The notes under the pieces were generated by a model. That model did not search any database and was not told the DNA's origin. It saw nothing but the letters and a program-made list of their open reading frames with translations. This document shows positions 9,629-19,220 of a stretch of DNA of 44,600 bases, in pieces. Positions within the stretch are counted from its first letter, which is position 1, and each line of letters opens with the position of its first letter. Origin of the DNA: Hormoscilla sp. (lineage in GTDB: Bacteria > Cyanobacteriota > Cyanobacteriia > Cyanobacteriales > Desertifilaceae); the NCBI GenBank assembly GCA_051439505.1, contig JBFRWI010000166.1:1-44600 (forward strand), written 5' to 3'. The position numbers and the translations under genes were made by a program.

Positions 9629-11161
9629 CTAATCGAACAAGTCATCTATTCTTCTGGGGATCGCAAAAATTCCCACCACCGTACCCAATATACTCAATAT
9701 TGGGTTGAGAGCATCGGCAACTTTTCTTGTCCCAGACTTCTTGACTACGATCGTGTCGTTGTTGCGTAATGCTGGATTGTTTTCTTCATTTATATCCTGA
9801 CTAAAATCTACGGCTACAGTCTGCCTGAAAACCGTACCGTTCGGGTTGAGGCGAATTAGTTCGACAACCCCTTTTTGCGCATCGCGATTAAATCCTCCTG
9901 CCGCCAGTAGCGCCTGAGTCAGTGGTGTATTCGGTCGCACCTCCACTCTCCCGGGACTAATTGCTTCTCCGACAACATTTACTGTAATATTCTCTGGTGA
10001 GAAGCTTGCAGATGCCAGTTCTGTGATTTCATCTGGACTCATTTCTTTTGCCCTGGCGACTACTATCGTGTCTCCTTCTTGCAAGGGCAAATCCTGCCGC
10101 AGGTCTCCTGTCTGTAATAGATCCCAGAAATTTACTTCCACCAGCTGCTCCGATCCTGATTTTGTGCGTCTGCGCACGAGGATGTTGCGAATATCCGCTT
10201 CTTGGGTGATCCCTCCCGCTGCTTGAATGCCTTGGGTGACGGTTGCTGCGTTGTTGCTTTGACTGTTGCCTAGGGTATAGGGACCCGGACGCTTCACTTC
10301 TCCGACAACCGCTATGTTCAGGGGACGACCGGTGTTGATTGCAAAGCTTGCTGCTGCTAGTTGGGGGGTCTCCTCCAGGTTTACGCTGGCGATCGTGGGT
10401 ATTAATATGCTGTCTCCGTCTCGCAATATTATGTCTTGGCTTAAGTCTGCGGTCTGCAAAAGTTGCCACAGATCTACTTTGATAATTTCCGCAGATGCTG
10501 GAGATCTGGATTGATCTTCCCCTGTCTGTGGTCGGGGACGCCGTACCTGGATGTGACGGATGTCCGCCGATTGCGTAATCCCTCCTGCCAGTTCGATCGC
10601 ACCCGTTACTGTTGGTATGTTAACACTTTGGTTTCTGTTTAGGTCTACTGAGTACGAACCTGGCCGGTTCACTTCTCCCGCGATCGCGATCTTGATCGGA
10701 CGTACTGTTAGCAGAGTGATGGTTGTTATTGGACGCCGCAGAAACCGGCCCATCGCTGATGCTATCTCCTCCGATGCTTGGGATATTGTCATTCCCTGTA
10801 TTCTCACAGTCCCCGCCAACGGCATATTTACTGTGCCGTCTGACAATAGCATATACTCGCCACTGTACTCTGGCACGTTGAATATATCTATCTTGATGCG
10901 ATCGCCTGGTCCCAGAATATAGCCTGACTCTCCCTGGAATGGAACCGGTGCTGGCGGTGCCACTGTCGCGGTCGGTAAGTTATTTCTTGGGGCCGGTAGG
11001 ACGTCTCTGCTATTTGGGGATGTCAGGGTTTGGGCTATTGCTGTTGATGGCCCATATGTTATTGCCATCACTCCCGATAGTGCTATTGCTCCCACCTTAC
11101 GCCCCATCCTTTCTGGCCACAGCTGTTGGTGCTTCCGAGCTTCTGAACCTGTACTCATCAT
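9629..11161 (-). CDS. wza: Polysaccharide export protein with Poly_export and repeated SLBB domains (Wza-like)
   Basis: YILGPGDRIKIDIFNVPEYSG, repeated GEV.RPG and AGG SLBB motifs; directly upstream of wzc. Confidence 0.9.
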   Translation of the reverse strand: MMSTGSEARKHQQLWPERMGRKVGAIALSGVMAITYGPSTAIAQTLTSPNSRDVLPAPRNNLPTATVAPPAPVPFQGESGYILGPGDRIKIDIFNVPEYSGEYMLLSDGTVNMPLAGTVRIQGMTISQASEEIASAMGRFLRRPITTITLLTVRPIKIAIAGEVNRPGSYSVDLNRNQSVNIPTVTGAIELAGGITQSADIRHIQVRRPRPQTGEDQSRSPASAEIIKVDLWQLLQTADLSQDIILRDGDSILIPTIASVNLEETPQLAAASFAINTGRPLNIAVVGEVKRPGPYTLGNSQSNNAATVTQGIQAAGGITQEADIRNILVRRRTKSGSEQLVEVNFWDLLQTGDLRQDLPLQEGDTIVVARAKEMSPDEITELASASFSPENITVNVVGEAISPGRVEVRPNTPLTQALLAAGGFNRDAQKGVVELIRLNPNGTVFRQTVAVDFSQDINEENNPALRNNDTIVVKKSGTRKVADALNPILSILGTVVGIFAIPRRIDDLFD

Positions 11162-11402
11162 TTTTACCCCTTTTCCATATCCCTAGGCTATATTAATGGG
11201 CGATCGCCCCTGGTCACTGGCGCTGCTGCGAGCCAAAGAATAATTTATTACAACTTCAATCTCTTTTCCTCTCTTTTCGGAGCCATCTGCCGCAGAACAA
11301 CCCCCTATAGATCTCGGAGCCAAATTTCTCTTTAATTACCTACATTTACCACCTCCGCTGCTGCCGGTTGACTACAACCTGCCATTTATTGCACCTTTTT
11401 TT

Positions 11403-11431
11403 TTTACAAATCTCATATTTTATTCTATAAT
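11403..11431 (+). promoter_or_regulatory. sigma70-type promoter upstream of the omega-RNA-like element
   Basis: TTTACA (11403-11408), 17-bp spacer, TATAAT (11426-11431). Confidence 0.6.
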
Positions 11432-11510
11432 ATAGTACCTTTACGTAATAGCGGTCAGCAGTCAGAGGCAGAGGGCTCTTGCATAAAATCCGGTAATTTC
11501 TGGCAATGTC

Positions 11511-11720
11511 GGGAATTATCTCCCTCGGGAAGATGCTTGATGCAGGTCCAGGATTAGACCTACGTTAGGGGGGTCATGACATCTACGGGTGAGCGCCAGC
11601 TCGTAGCTCTGTCATCTGACTTTAAGGAACGGAACGAATGGATTTTGTGGTCCCTTGTGAGTCAGATGTAAAAAGCCCCTTTAACATGACCGAGGCAAAC
11701 TTTACCCCTTTTTAGGGAGA
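11511..11720 (+). ncRNA. HEARO / omega-RNA-like scaffold of an IscB-type IS200/IS605 element, with no associated ORF
   Basis: Conserved HEARO-like blocks in order: CTACGTT..GTCATGACA..CTACGGG/CTCGTAG..GCTCTGTC..TTAAG..GTG..TAAAAAGC..TAACAT..CGAGGCAAACTTTACCC..GGAG. Pairings: GTTAGGGGG/CCCCTTTAAC, CATCTGACT/AGTCAGATG, and loop GCC with GGC (pseudoknot). Confidence 0.8.
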
Positions 11721-11731
11721 GCCCGTTTGGC

Positions 11732-11771
11732 AGCTTTCTGAGTCACTGGCCACGCTGAGCAAAGCTTTTTT
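11732..11771 (+). terminator. Putative intrinsic terminator after the omega-RNA-like element
   Basis: AGCTTT/AAAGCT stem followed by a T run; the inner part of the stem is imperfect. Confidence 0.4.
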
Positions 11772-12076
11772 GCGTCGCGGTCGGTGAGCGGATCCGAACC
11801 GCCTCAACCGCCTATAGGACGGTATTTTCCGGAAATTACCCGTTTTTTAGTATGCTGTATTAGGGTAGTCAACTGGCGGCAGCGGAGTTGACTACCCCTT
11901 GCAGCGATCGAAGTCGAACTGCGGCTTCAAGTCAGAAGAAACCCAACTGCCACAGCACATGGCTGGCAACAGCAAGCTGCTGGGCAGCACTTCGTCAAAG
12001 CCCAGCAGGCGCACTATGCAGAAGCGATAGGATAAAAGAACATCGCGCTCGACCAAACAGGCTAAGGAGAAAGAAA

Positions 12077-12847
12077 ATGGTAAACGTGGGACTCAATCCA
12101 GGTACTATGCTTGGCATTATCCTGTTTGCGGCAGGGGCTGGGTTATATTTTATGCGATCGGTCCGTCCCGAGTTGGCCCGAGATCACGATATATTCTTTA
12201 TGGCGGTGGCGATCCTCAGTGGCGGCATTCTGTTTTTTCAAGGATGGCGGTTGGATCCGATCCTGACTTTCGGTCAGTTCCTGCTGACGGGTTCGGCGAT
12301 CTTCTTTGCGGTCGAAAGCATTCGTCTGAGAGGGTTAGCTACTTCCCAAGCGAAACGCAATACTCCGATTGTAGATTACGATCGACCCGTAAGTCGCGTT
12401 TATGAGGCGGAACTAGATGAATACGAACTAGAGGACGATCCGCAGATAACCCGTAGAATGATCGGCACCAGAGAAGGCAGGAATACCGGTGTGGACGAAT
12501 ACGATGATGATATGCCTCGCCGAACCACAACTCGACGTTCGACCAGGAGTCCTAGACCTGGTGGTGGTTCGACGGCCAGACGGAGTACGACGCGACGTCC
12601 GCGTTCGACTACAGACCGGATAATTAGAGATGCCGATGATTGGGAAACACCGAAAGATTCCTACGGGAGAAGCAGTGAGAGGGACCGGCGTTCGAGCGAT
12701 CGCCCGACAGCTTCTGCCAAAGGGCCCAGAAGAAGTCGTCCTAGATCTTATGATTCGGAAGGGCCAACAAACTATGTTGATTTCCAACCCATAGACAAAA
12801 GTTCGTCGGACGACGATGATGATAATTCAGGGCGTTTTGACTACTAA
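12077..12847 (+). CDS. ycf66: Ycf66 family membrane protein
   Basis: LYFMRSVRPELARDHDIFF, LFFQGWRLDPILTFGQFLL, ESIRLR; R/D-rich disordered tail; ATG at 12077 with AAGGAG RBS. Confidence 0.92.
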   Translation: MVNVGLNPGTMLGIILFAAGAGLYFMRSVRPELARDHDIFFMAVAILSGGILFFQGWRLDPILTFGQFLLTGSAIFFAVESIRLRGLATSQAKRNTPIVDYDRPVSRVYEAELDEYELEDDPQITRRMIGTREGRNTGVDEYDDDMPRRTTTRRSTRSPRPGGGSTARRSTTRRPRSTTDRIIRDADDWETPKDSYGRSSERDRRSSDRPTASAKGPRRSRPRSYDSEGPTNYVDFQPIDKSSSDDDDDNSGRFDY

Positions 12848-12936
12848 CCTATCCCCTCTAGGGTATTGCCCGATCGGGCGAAGATCGGGGTTGTTAATTG
12901 TTGACGGTTAATTGAAATAGTCAGAAATAGTCATCG

Positions 12937-13539
12937 ATGTTTCAATTGGCAATTTTAAACCATTGGCTGGTATTATCTCAACAATGCGCAAAGCTGAAAA
13001 AACTTGGGTTGTTGAGGTTAGTGATTCCTTTGAGTATGTCGGGTTTAGTTGTAGGCTGCTCTCAGGTGAAGGTACCGATCCTGTCGAGGGATCTCAATAG
13101 CCGCTACACGGACGAACAACCGGCTTTGAGTGGAAACGGTCGATTTGTGGCCTTTGTTTCTAACCGCGATGGTAAGCGTCAGATTCTGATTTACGATTTG
13201 CAGCAGCGCCAGTTTTTAGAGTTGCCCAGATTGAACAGGCGAGATACAATTGCGGAATCTCCCAGCCTCAGCTATAATGCCCGCTACCTGGTCTACGTTG
13301 CTAGCGACCGAGGCAGACCGGAGGTGGAACTTTACGATCGGGTGACGGGAACTACCGATATGTTGACAATGGGTTATCGGGGCTGGGTGAGAAATCCGAG
13401 TATCAGTCCGGATGGTAGATTTATTGTTTTTGAAACCGATCGTCGCGGCCAGTGGGATATTGAGGTGCTCGATCGGGGCCCATTAGTTGAGTTAGATATC
13501 CCGGATGGTCCTCTAGGCGACATTGACCTTGACCAATAG
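12937..13539 (+). CDS. TolB-like (PD40 repeat) putative lipoprotein
   Basis: Repeated P.LS..GR...F.S.R.G motifs; VVGC lipobox-like site; exact start uncertain. Confidence 0.82.
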   Translation: MFQLAILNHWLVLSQQCAKLKKLGLLRLVIPLSMSGLVVGCSQVKVPILSRDLNSRYTDEQPALSGNGRFVAFVSNRDGKRQILIYDLQQRQFLELPRLNRRDTIAESPSLSYNARYLVYVASDRGRPEVELYDRVTGTTDMLTMGYRGWVRNPSISPDGRFIVFETDRRGQWDIEVLDRGPLVELDIPDGPLGDIDLDQ

Positions 13540-13546
13540 AAGAAAA

Positions 13547-14068
13547 GTGAAACGCTTTGTTTTCATGTCATCTGTAGCTGTTGCCAGTTTATTGACTGGC
13601 TGCATGGGCTACCCGCGTTTGCTGAATCAACCCTTTGACAGAGGTGGGTGGAGTTTGAATAGTCCTGCGGCGGAGGAAAATCCGCAAATTGCCGGTCGCT
13701 ACATAGTTTTTACTTCCGATCGTCGCTTTAGCCAGGATGTCTATCTTTACGACATGATAGACCGGCGGATGATAGAACTGCCGGGATTGAATTCCCTAGA
13801 GGCGATCGCCTCCCACCCTAGCGTCTCTACGGATGGTCGTTATCTGACCTTTGCTGCCAGTCGTCAGGGACGTTCTGATATTTACCTTTACGACAGGTCA
13901 ATGGCCCAGTTACGCAACCTGACTGGCAATCTCCAGACAGAAGTACGTAACCCGACCATCAGTGCCGATGGCACTACTATTGCTTTTGAGGCGAATGCCA
14001 ACGGTCAGTGGGATATTTTTATTTATGACCGGTCTGGACGCCCCCTTGAGAGGAGCAATATACCTTGA
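13547..14068 (+). CDS. TolB-like (PD40 repeat) putative lipoprotein
   Basis: LLTGC lipobox, PSVSTDGRY and PTISADG repeats; GTG start chosen to avoid overlap with the upstream gene. Confidence 0.82.
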   Translation: MKRFVFMSSVAVASLLTGCMGYPRLLNQPFDRGGWSLNSPAAEENPQIAGRYIVFTSDRRFSQDVYLYDMIDRRMIELPGLNSLEAIASHPSVSTDGRYLTFAASRQGRSDIYLYDRSMAQLRNLTGNLQTEVRNPTISADGTTIAFEANANGQWDIFIYDRSGRPLERSNIP

Positions 14069-14156
14069 TAGCCTCATTGATGACCAAGTTTGGGATGCTG
14101 CTATCAAGGATATATTAAGGTTCTGGCTAGAGAAACCCGGTTTGGACTGCGACATT

Positions 14157-15149
14157 CTAGGTTTGAGATTCGAGATTTTGAACCGACTCGATGAGCGATC
14201 GCACCTCAGCTGTACCTAAAGAAGGCTCAAAGGAAAGCGGGAATTTCCCTCGTGCTAGCACTCGCAATCCCACCGGTCCCAAACTGAGCAGTCCTTTGAT
14301 GTCTTGGAAGTAATTTCCTACTACTTGCAGGGCAAACTTGCGTTCATTCACCCAACCTCCTTCTTTGACCAGGTCTATCAACACCTTCCGATGGCGAATT
14401 GGCCGACTGGCTTGGTCGTCCGTGCGGGAGAGGATTTCACTTTTAATTTTGCCAATTTTATCCATCGGCTCCACGCCCATGGGACAGACATTATTGCAGT
14501 AATAGCAACGAGTACAACCCCACACCCCCTGAGTAGTCTGGGTTAATTTAGACAAGCGCTCTTCGGTGTCGGCATCACGGGAGTCTGCCACCATTCGGTA
14601 AGCCTTAGCTAGAGCGTGAGGCCCGACAAAGGAGGAGTTCACTTCCACTGCATTGCACTGGGAATAGCAGGCACCGCACATGATACAATTTCCGGTCTGG
14701 TCTAGCTTTGCTCTCGCTGCGGGTGTCTGTAAAAACTCGCGCTCTGGCAAAGCCCTTGCCCCAGTGCTGACATAGGGGTCTACTTTCTGGAGATTGTCCC
14801 AGAAACCACTCATATCCACTACCAGATCCTTGAGCACTGGCATGTTGCCCATCGGCCCGATGGTAATCTCGGGAATCTCGGAAGCCCCATCGGCAGAAGG
14901 TGGCAGGAAATGACCGACAGTCTCTTTACAAGCTAGGGCCGCAACACCATTAATACTCATGGCGCAGCTACCACAAATGGTATTGCGGCAATTTTTCCGA
15001 AATGCTAGTGTTCCATCTTGAGTCCACTTAATCTCATTCAGGCAGCTCAAGATCGTCTGACTTGGTTCGGGATCTAGGCGGTAAGTCTGTATCCGATCGT
15101 TGCTATTTTGTTCGCTGCGGACTACCTTAAAAATAATGAACATGCTCAC
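14157..15149 (-). CDS. sdhB: Succinate dehydrogenase / fumarate reductase iron-sulfur subunit
   Basis: CRNTICGSC 2Fe-2S motif; CIMCGAC...C and CTRCYYC...CP clusters; VLKDLVVD. Confidence 0.93.
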   Translation of the reverse strand: MSMFIIFKVVRSEQNSNDRIQTYRLDPEPSQTILSCLNEIKWTQDGTLAFRKNCRNTICGSCAMSINGVAALACKETVGHFLPPSADGASEIPEITIGPMGNMPVLKDLVVDMSGFWDNLQKVDPYVSTGARALPEREFLQTPAARAKLDQTGNCIMCGACYSQCNAVEVNSSFVGPHALAKAYRMVADSRDADTEERLSKLTQTTQGVWGCTRCYYCNNVCPMGVEPMDKIGKIKSEILSRTDDQASRPIRHRKVLIDLVKEGGWVNERKFALQVVGNYFQDIKGLLSLGPVGLRVLARGKFPLSFEPSLGTAEVRSLIESVQNLESQT

Positions 15150-16069
15150 CAGACAAAGAATTGCTGAAAATCTCTACCATTCTACCCTTACTGGGCCGAT
15201 CGCGAGCACCCGCACCCCCAGATTTGTCCTATGGGGACTTTCTCGTAGCAGTCGGAGAGGGTTTCACGAGCGAGCGAGTTTCACCAGAGACCGGAAAATC
15301 AGCCTCTGATTTTACTGCTGTGGCGTTCGGTGTCCCGTGATGCTGGCCCGATGCTTAAATATCTTGATAATATGAGGTCATGCTTGGAGGGATCGGCTGC
15401 CTGATGTGGCTCTAGATCTGCCCAGTTCCCTCAAAATCGCCGGACGCCGTGACTTGAGATGCGACATAGAATCTGGTCTGGGAGTCGAAAGTGAGACCGC
15501 CGCCAAAGAAAAATTTTTCTCCCAAGGTCATTTCTATGACAATTAAGGCTATATTTTATATAATCCTCTCAGAAGCACCTTCTGTGTAAAAACCGGAGAT
15601 GGTCGGAAAGAGTCAGCCAAAAGATGTTTACTATTGGTAGCAAAGATCTGCTATTCTAGAAGGTACAACTTGCGGTACAGTCTATGGGGTTAGTGGGAAT
15701 CGGCACCAAACCAAGTAACCCGCTAGGCTAAAATATAGGTAGCTAACGAGGTCCGATTAAAGTTCCACCCTTGCTGGCTGGCCCCGATAGTCGGAAAAGG
15801 GAGCCCCGTGCAACGGATCATGATAAGAGTTGATTCCCTAGAAGTCCAGGTGTAAGAGCGGCTCTAGGGGCAGTCAGGCCCAAAAGGCAAGGAGGAATTT
15901 GGCTCCGTTTGTCTTTGTGATGTTAGCTAAAATTGCAGGAGAAAATACCGGTGCAAGGGATGGCTAACGGAATGTTCGGCCCCCGATGGGGGCAAAGTTG
16001 GGCGAGTTGATTTGACTTGACAGGTAAATCGACTTACAATAGAAAGAGAAACGAGGAATTAAGGTAATA

Positions 16070-16507
16070 GTGATGGTGAAAAAAGGAACAACACCCCTGA
16101 CGGGAAAGGCCCTACTGCAAAAGGTAAAAGAACTCTCAGACCTACCGAGGCGGGAAACGGCAAAGCGCTGTGGATATTTCACGGAAACAAAGGACGGCCA
16201 AACTCGTGTAAATTTAACAGATTTTTACGATGCGGTGCTGGCAGCAAAGGGAGTGGCGTTAGAGCCGGAAGGCACAAAAGATGGCCGGGGGCGAGAGCCA
16301 ACTTATCGGGTGAGTGTCCACAAAAATGGTCAAATTGTCATTGGCTCGACCTATACGGAGGTGATGGGTTTGAAACCAGGTGATGAGTTTGAAATTAAGC
16401 TGGGCTACAAGCATATTCACCTGATTCAGATAGATAAGGATCCCGAAAATGGTAGCCAACCAGCAGCTTCTCAAGAGCCAGAGTCCGCACCAGCAGAGGT
16501 GTCATAA
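16070..16507 (+). CDS. abrB: Cyanobacterial AbrB-like transcriptional regulator (cyAbrB1/CalA clade)
   Basis: LTGKALL.KVKEL..LPRRETAK.CGY, VNLTDFYDAVL, GRGREPTYRVSVHKNGQIVIG, GDEFEIKLGYKHIHL. Confidence 0.93.
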   Translation: MMVKKGTTPLTGKALLQKVKELSDLPRRETAKRCGYFTETKDGQTRVNLTDFYDAVLAAKGVALEPEGTKDGRGREPTYRVSVHKNGQIVIGSTYTEVMGLKPGDEFEIKLGYKHIHLIQIDKDPENGSQPAASQEPESAPAEVS

Positions 16508-16630
16508 TTTCAGCAATGTTCTACGCGCTCTTATACTTGCAGCAGGTCAGTTTAGCTCCGACCAGTAATCGATCGTGGCTAGGTTGATGTCTCTGTAAAG
16601 TATAGCCTTGACGAAAGTAGAGTTGCCAGA

Positions 16631-16677
16631 TCGGACCCGATCGCCCCCCCGGATCGACGGGGGGCGATCGGGTCTGA
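16631..16677. terminator. Strong GC-rich hairpin downstream of abrB
   Basis: GACCCGATCGCCCCC / GGGGGCGATCGGGTC inverted repeat. Confidence 0.5.
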
Positions 16678-16705
16678 TTGTCATAGGATTTTTTCCGTAG
16701 GAAAG

Positions 16706-16848
16706 GGGTGTGGTCAAAAGTAGTTGCAGAGGATCCCCCCAAACCCCCCTTAAAAAGGGGGGCGCGCCGGTTGCCCCCCCAATTGGCGCGGGGGGGTTTG
16801 GGGGGGATCCGGCGACTGGGAGAGTATCAACGGGTTTTGACCACACCC
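16706..16848. mobile_element. MITE with GGGTGTGGTCAAAA terminal inverted repeats and a 9-bp target-site duplication
   Basis: Perfect 14-bp TIRs; GTAGGAAAG at both 16697-16705 and 16849-16857; internal GGATCCCCCCAAACCCCC palindrome. Confidence 0.9.
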
Positions 16849-17309
16849 GTAGGAAAGTAGTGGAGAGAGGGGATGTCCTCCATGACCAGAGATAAAGATA
16901 ATTCAGGTTAACTGCCGGTGAAAGCCTTCTTGGTGTTGAGAGTCGGCATCTGGTGGTGGTGACTGCTTCGGGAAGATCGGCGACTGGGTATCCTCCTGGG
17001 GACCGGTACCACCAGGGGACAACTCGCACTGGCACTGGTGCTCGAACTCAAAGTCTGTCGTACCATGTATTACCCGTCGCGCGATCGCATCGGAGGCGGG
17101 GCATCAGTTGTGCCTGTCGCTCGCAGAGGTCCAAAATCCGAGTGCTGGCAAGTGTAATATTATATACGATTTTTTCCAGTATTTCTCGAAATAGCTGACT
17201 TTTTGGGGTGATTTGGGCAGAACCGGGAAAAATTTGTAAAGATTGTTAACATAGAAATTAATAAAAGATTTAAAAGCTTGACAGAGGCCAAACAGGAGGA
17301 TGGAACTCG

Positions 17310-19148
17310 GTGAATAAACGGTGGAGAAACGCGGGACTGTACGCGCTGCTAGCAATTGTGGTGATTGCATTGGCAACAGCTTTGTTTGACAAGCCGCCCC
17401 AAGCTAAGGAAACATGGCGATACAGTCGGTTAATTTCAGAAGTCGAAAATCATAAAGTCGATCAGATCAAAATCAGTGCCGATCGGTCAAAAGCCCTGGT
17501 GACGGCGGATGACGGCACCAAAATTATCGTCAACTTACCGTTCGACCGGGATCTGCTAGACATTTTAACTCGCAATAATGTGGACATTGATGTCTGGCCC
17601 CAAACTGATGACGGGATGTGGATGCGGGCCATCAGCAGTCTGTTTGTACCCATTTTGCTGGTGGTGGGTCTGTTCTTTCTGCTGCGACGGGCTCAAAATG
17701 GACCGGGTTCTCAGGCGATGAACTTTGGCAAGTCGAAAGCGAGAGTCCAGATGGAGCCCCAGACTCAGGTCACTTTTGGCGATGTGGCTGGCATTGAGCA
17801 GGCGAAACTGGAACTCAATGAAGTTGTGGACTTCTTGAAAAATGCTGACAGGTTCACGGCGGTGGGGGCGAAGATTCCTAAAGGGGTGCTGCTAGTGGGC
17901 CCTCCAGGTACGGGGAAGACGCTGCTGGCCAAAGCTGTAGCTGGTGAGGCGGGGGTTCCTTTCTTCTCTATCTCTGGTTCGGAGTTCGTGGAGATGTTCG
18001 TCGGCGTGGGCGCTTCCCGAGTTCGGGACCTATTTGAACAGGCCAAGCAGAATGCTCCTTGTATCGTGTTTATTGATGAAATTGATGCAGTGGGACGTCA
18101 GCGGGGTGCTGGTTTAGGCGGCGGAAACGACGAACGGGAGCAAACTCTCAATCAACTGCTGACGGAAATGGACGGGTTTGAAGGCAATACGGGGATTATC
18201 ATTATTGCGGCGACTAACCGTCCAGATGTTTTGGATGCGGCCCTGTTGCGTCCGGGTCGGTTCGATCGCCAGGTGGTGGTCGATCGCCCAGATTATGCGG
18301 GCCGTTTGGAAATTCTCAACGTGCATTCTCGCGGTAAGACTCTCTCTAAGGATGTGGAACTCGAAAGGATTGCTCGTCGGACTCCTGGGTTTACGGGGGC
18401 GGATTTGTCCAATTTGCTCAATGAAGCGGCTATCTTGGCGGCCCGTCGCAATCTGACGGAAATCTCTATGGATGAGATTAATGATGCGATCGATCGGGTG
18501 CTGGCTGGACCGGAGAAGAAAGACCGGGTGATGAGTGAGAAGCGCAAGACTTTGGTGGCTTATCATGAAGCGGGTCATGCTTTGGTAGGTGCTCTGATGC
18601 CAGATTATGACCCGGTACAAAAGATTAGCATTATTCCGCGCGGTCGTGCTGGGGGCCTGACTTGGTTTACTCCTAGTGAAGACCGGATGGACTCGGGTTT
18701 GTATAGCCGTTCTTATCTGCAAAATCAGATGGCGGTGGCCTTGGGTGGTCGCATTGCTGAAGAAATTATCTTCGGTGAAGAGGAAGTGACTACGGGTGCT
18801 TCTAACGATCTGCAGCAGGTGGCCCGGGTGGCCCGTCAGATGGTCACTCGCTTTGGGATGAGCGATCGCCTGGGTCCGGTGACTCTGGGTCGTCAGCAAG
18901 GTAATATGTTCTTGGGTCGCGATATTGCGGCGGAACGGGATTTTTCTGAGGAAACTGCTGCGGCGATCGATGATGAGGTTCGCAATTTGGTTGACCAAGC
19001 TTATCGTCGTGCTAAGCAGGTTCTGGTGAATAATCGTCACGTTCTCGATCGACTGGCCCAATCTTTGGTGGATAAGGAAACTGTTGATGCTGAAGAACTT
19101 CAGCAGATGCTCTCTTCTAGTCAAGTGCAAATGGCCGCGATCGCTTAA
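17310..19148 (+). CDS. ftsH: ATP-dependent zinc metalloprotease FtsH (FtsH3 type)
   Basis: Two TMs, [19 protein letters not shown] ([10 protein letters not shown]), HEAGH; N-terminus [11 protein letters not shown] matches the FtsH3 type. Confidence 0.97.
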   Translation: MNKRWRNAGLYALLAIVVIALATALFDKPPQAKETWRYSRLISEVENHKVDQIKISADRSKALVTADDGTKIIVNLPFDRDLLDILTRNNVDIDVWPQTDDGMWMRAISSLFVPILLVVGLFFLLRRAQNGPGSQAMNFGKSKARVQMEPQTQVTFGDVAGIEQAKLELNEVVDFLKNADRFTAVGAKIPKGVLLVGPPGTGKTLLAKAVAGEAGVPFFSISGSEFVEMFVGVGASRVRDLFEQAKQNAPCIVFIDEIDAVGRQRGAGLGGGNDEREQTLNQLLTEMDGFEGNTGIIIIAATNRPDVLDAALLRPGRFDRQVVVDRPDYAGRLEILNVHSRGKTLSKDVELERIARRTPGFTGADLSNLLNEAAILAARRNLTEISMDEINDAIDRVLAGPEKKDRVMSEKRKTLVAYHEAGHALVGALMPDYDPVQKISIIPRGRAGGLTWFTPSEDRMDSGLYSRSYLQNQMAVALGGRIAEEIIFGEEEVTTGASNDLQQVARVARQMVTRFGMSDRLGPVTLGRQQGNMFLGRDIAAERDFSEETAAAIDDEVRNLVDQAYRRAKQVLVNNRHVLDRLAQSLVDKETVDAEELQQMLSSSQVQMAAIA

Positions 19149-19220
19149 TTGATGCTGAGTTACCCCGCCGGGGGTTCCAAAGATGCTGTGGGCGAATTAC
19201 CAATTTCGATTGGCTTCATG

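Noticed and set aside
11888..12076. N-terminal extension of ycf66
   Set aside because: Family similarity starts at ATG 12077, which has a good RBS; the extension runs through hairpins
17233..17252. NtcA or RpaB (HLR1) site upstream of ftsH
   Set aside because: TGTAAAGATTGTTAACA fits neither GTA-N8-TAC nor the HLR1 direct repeat well enough
16521..17376. Several overlapping ORFs between abrB and ftsH
   Set aside because: Largely translations of the MITE, hairpin and promoter DNA; a 52-codon minus-strand ORF starting at 17066 has no supporting motif
18114..19130. 338-aa antisense ORF
   Set aside because: Shadow frame of ftsH with non-protein-like composition
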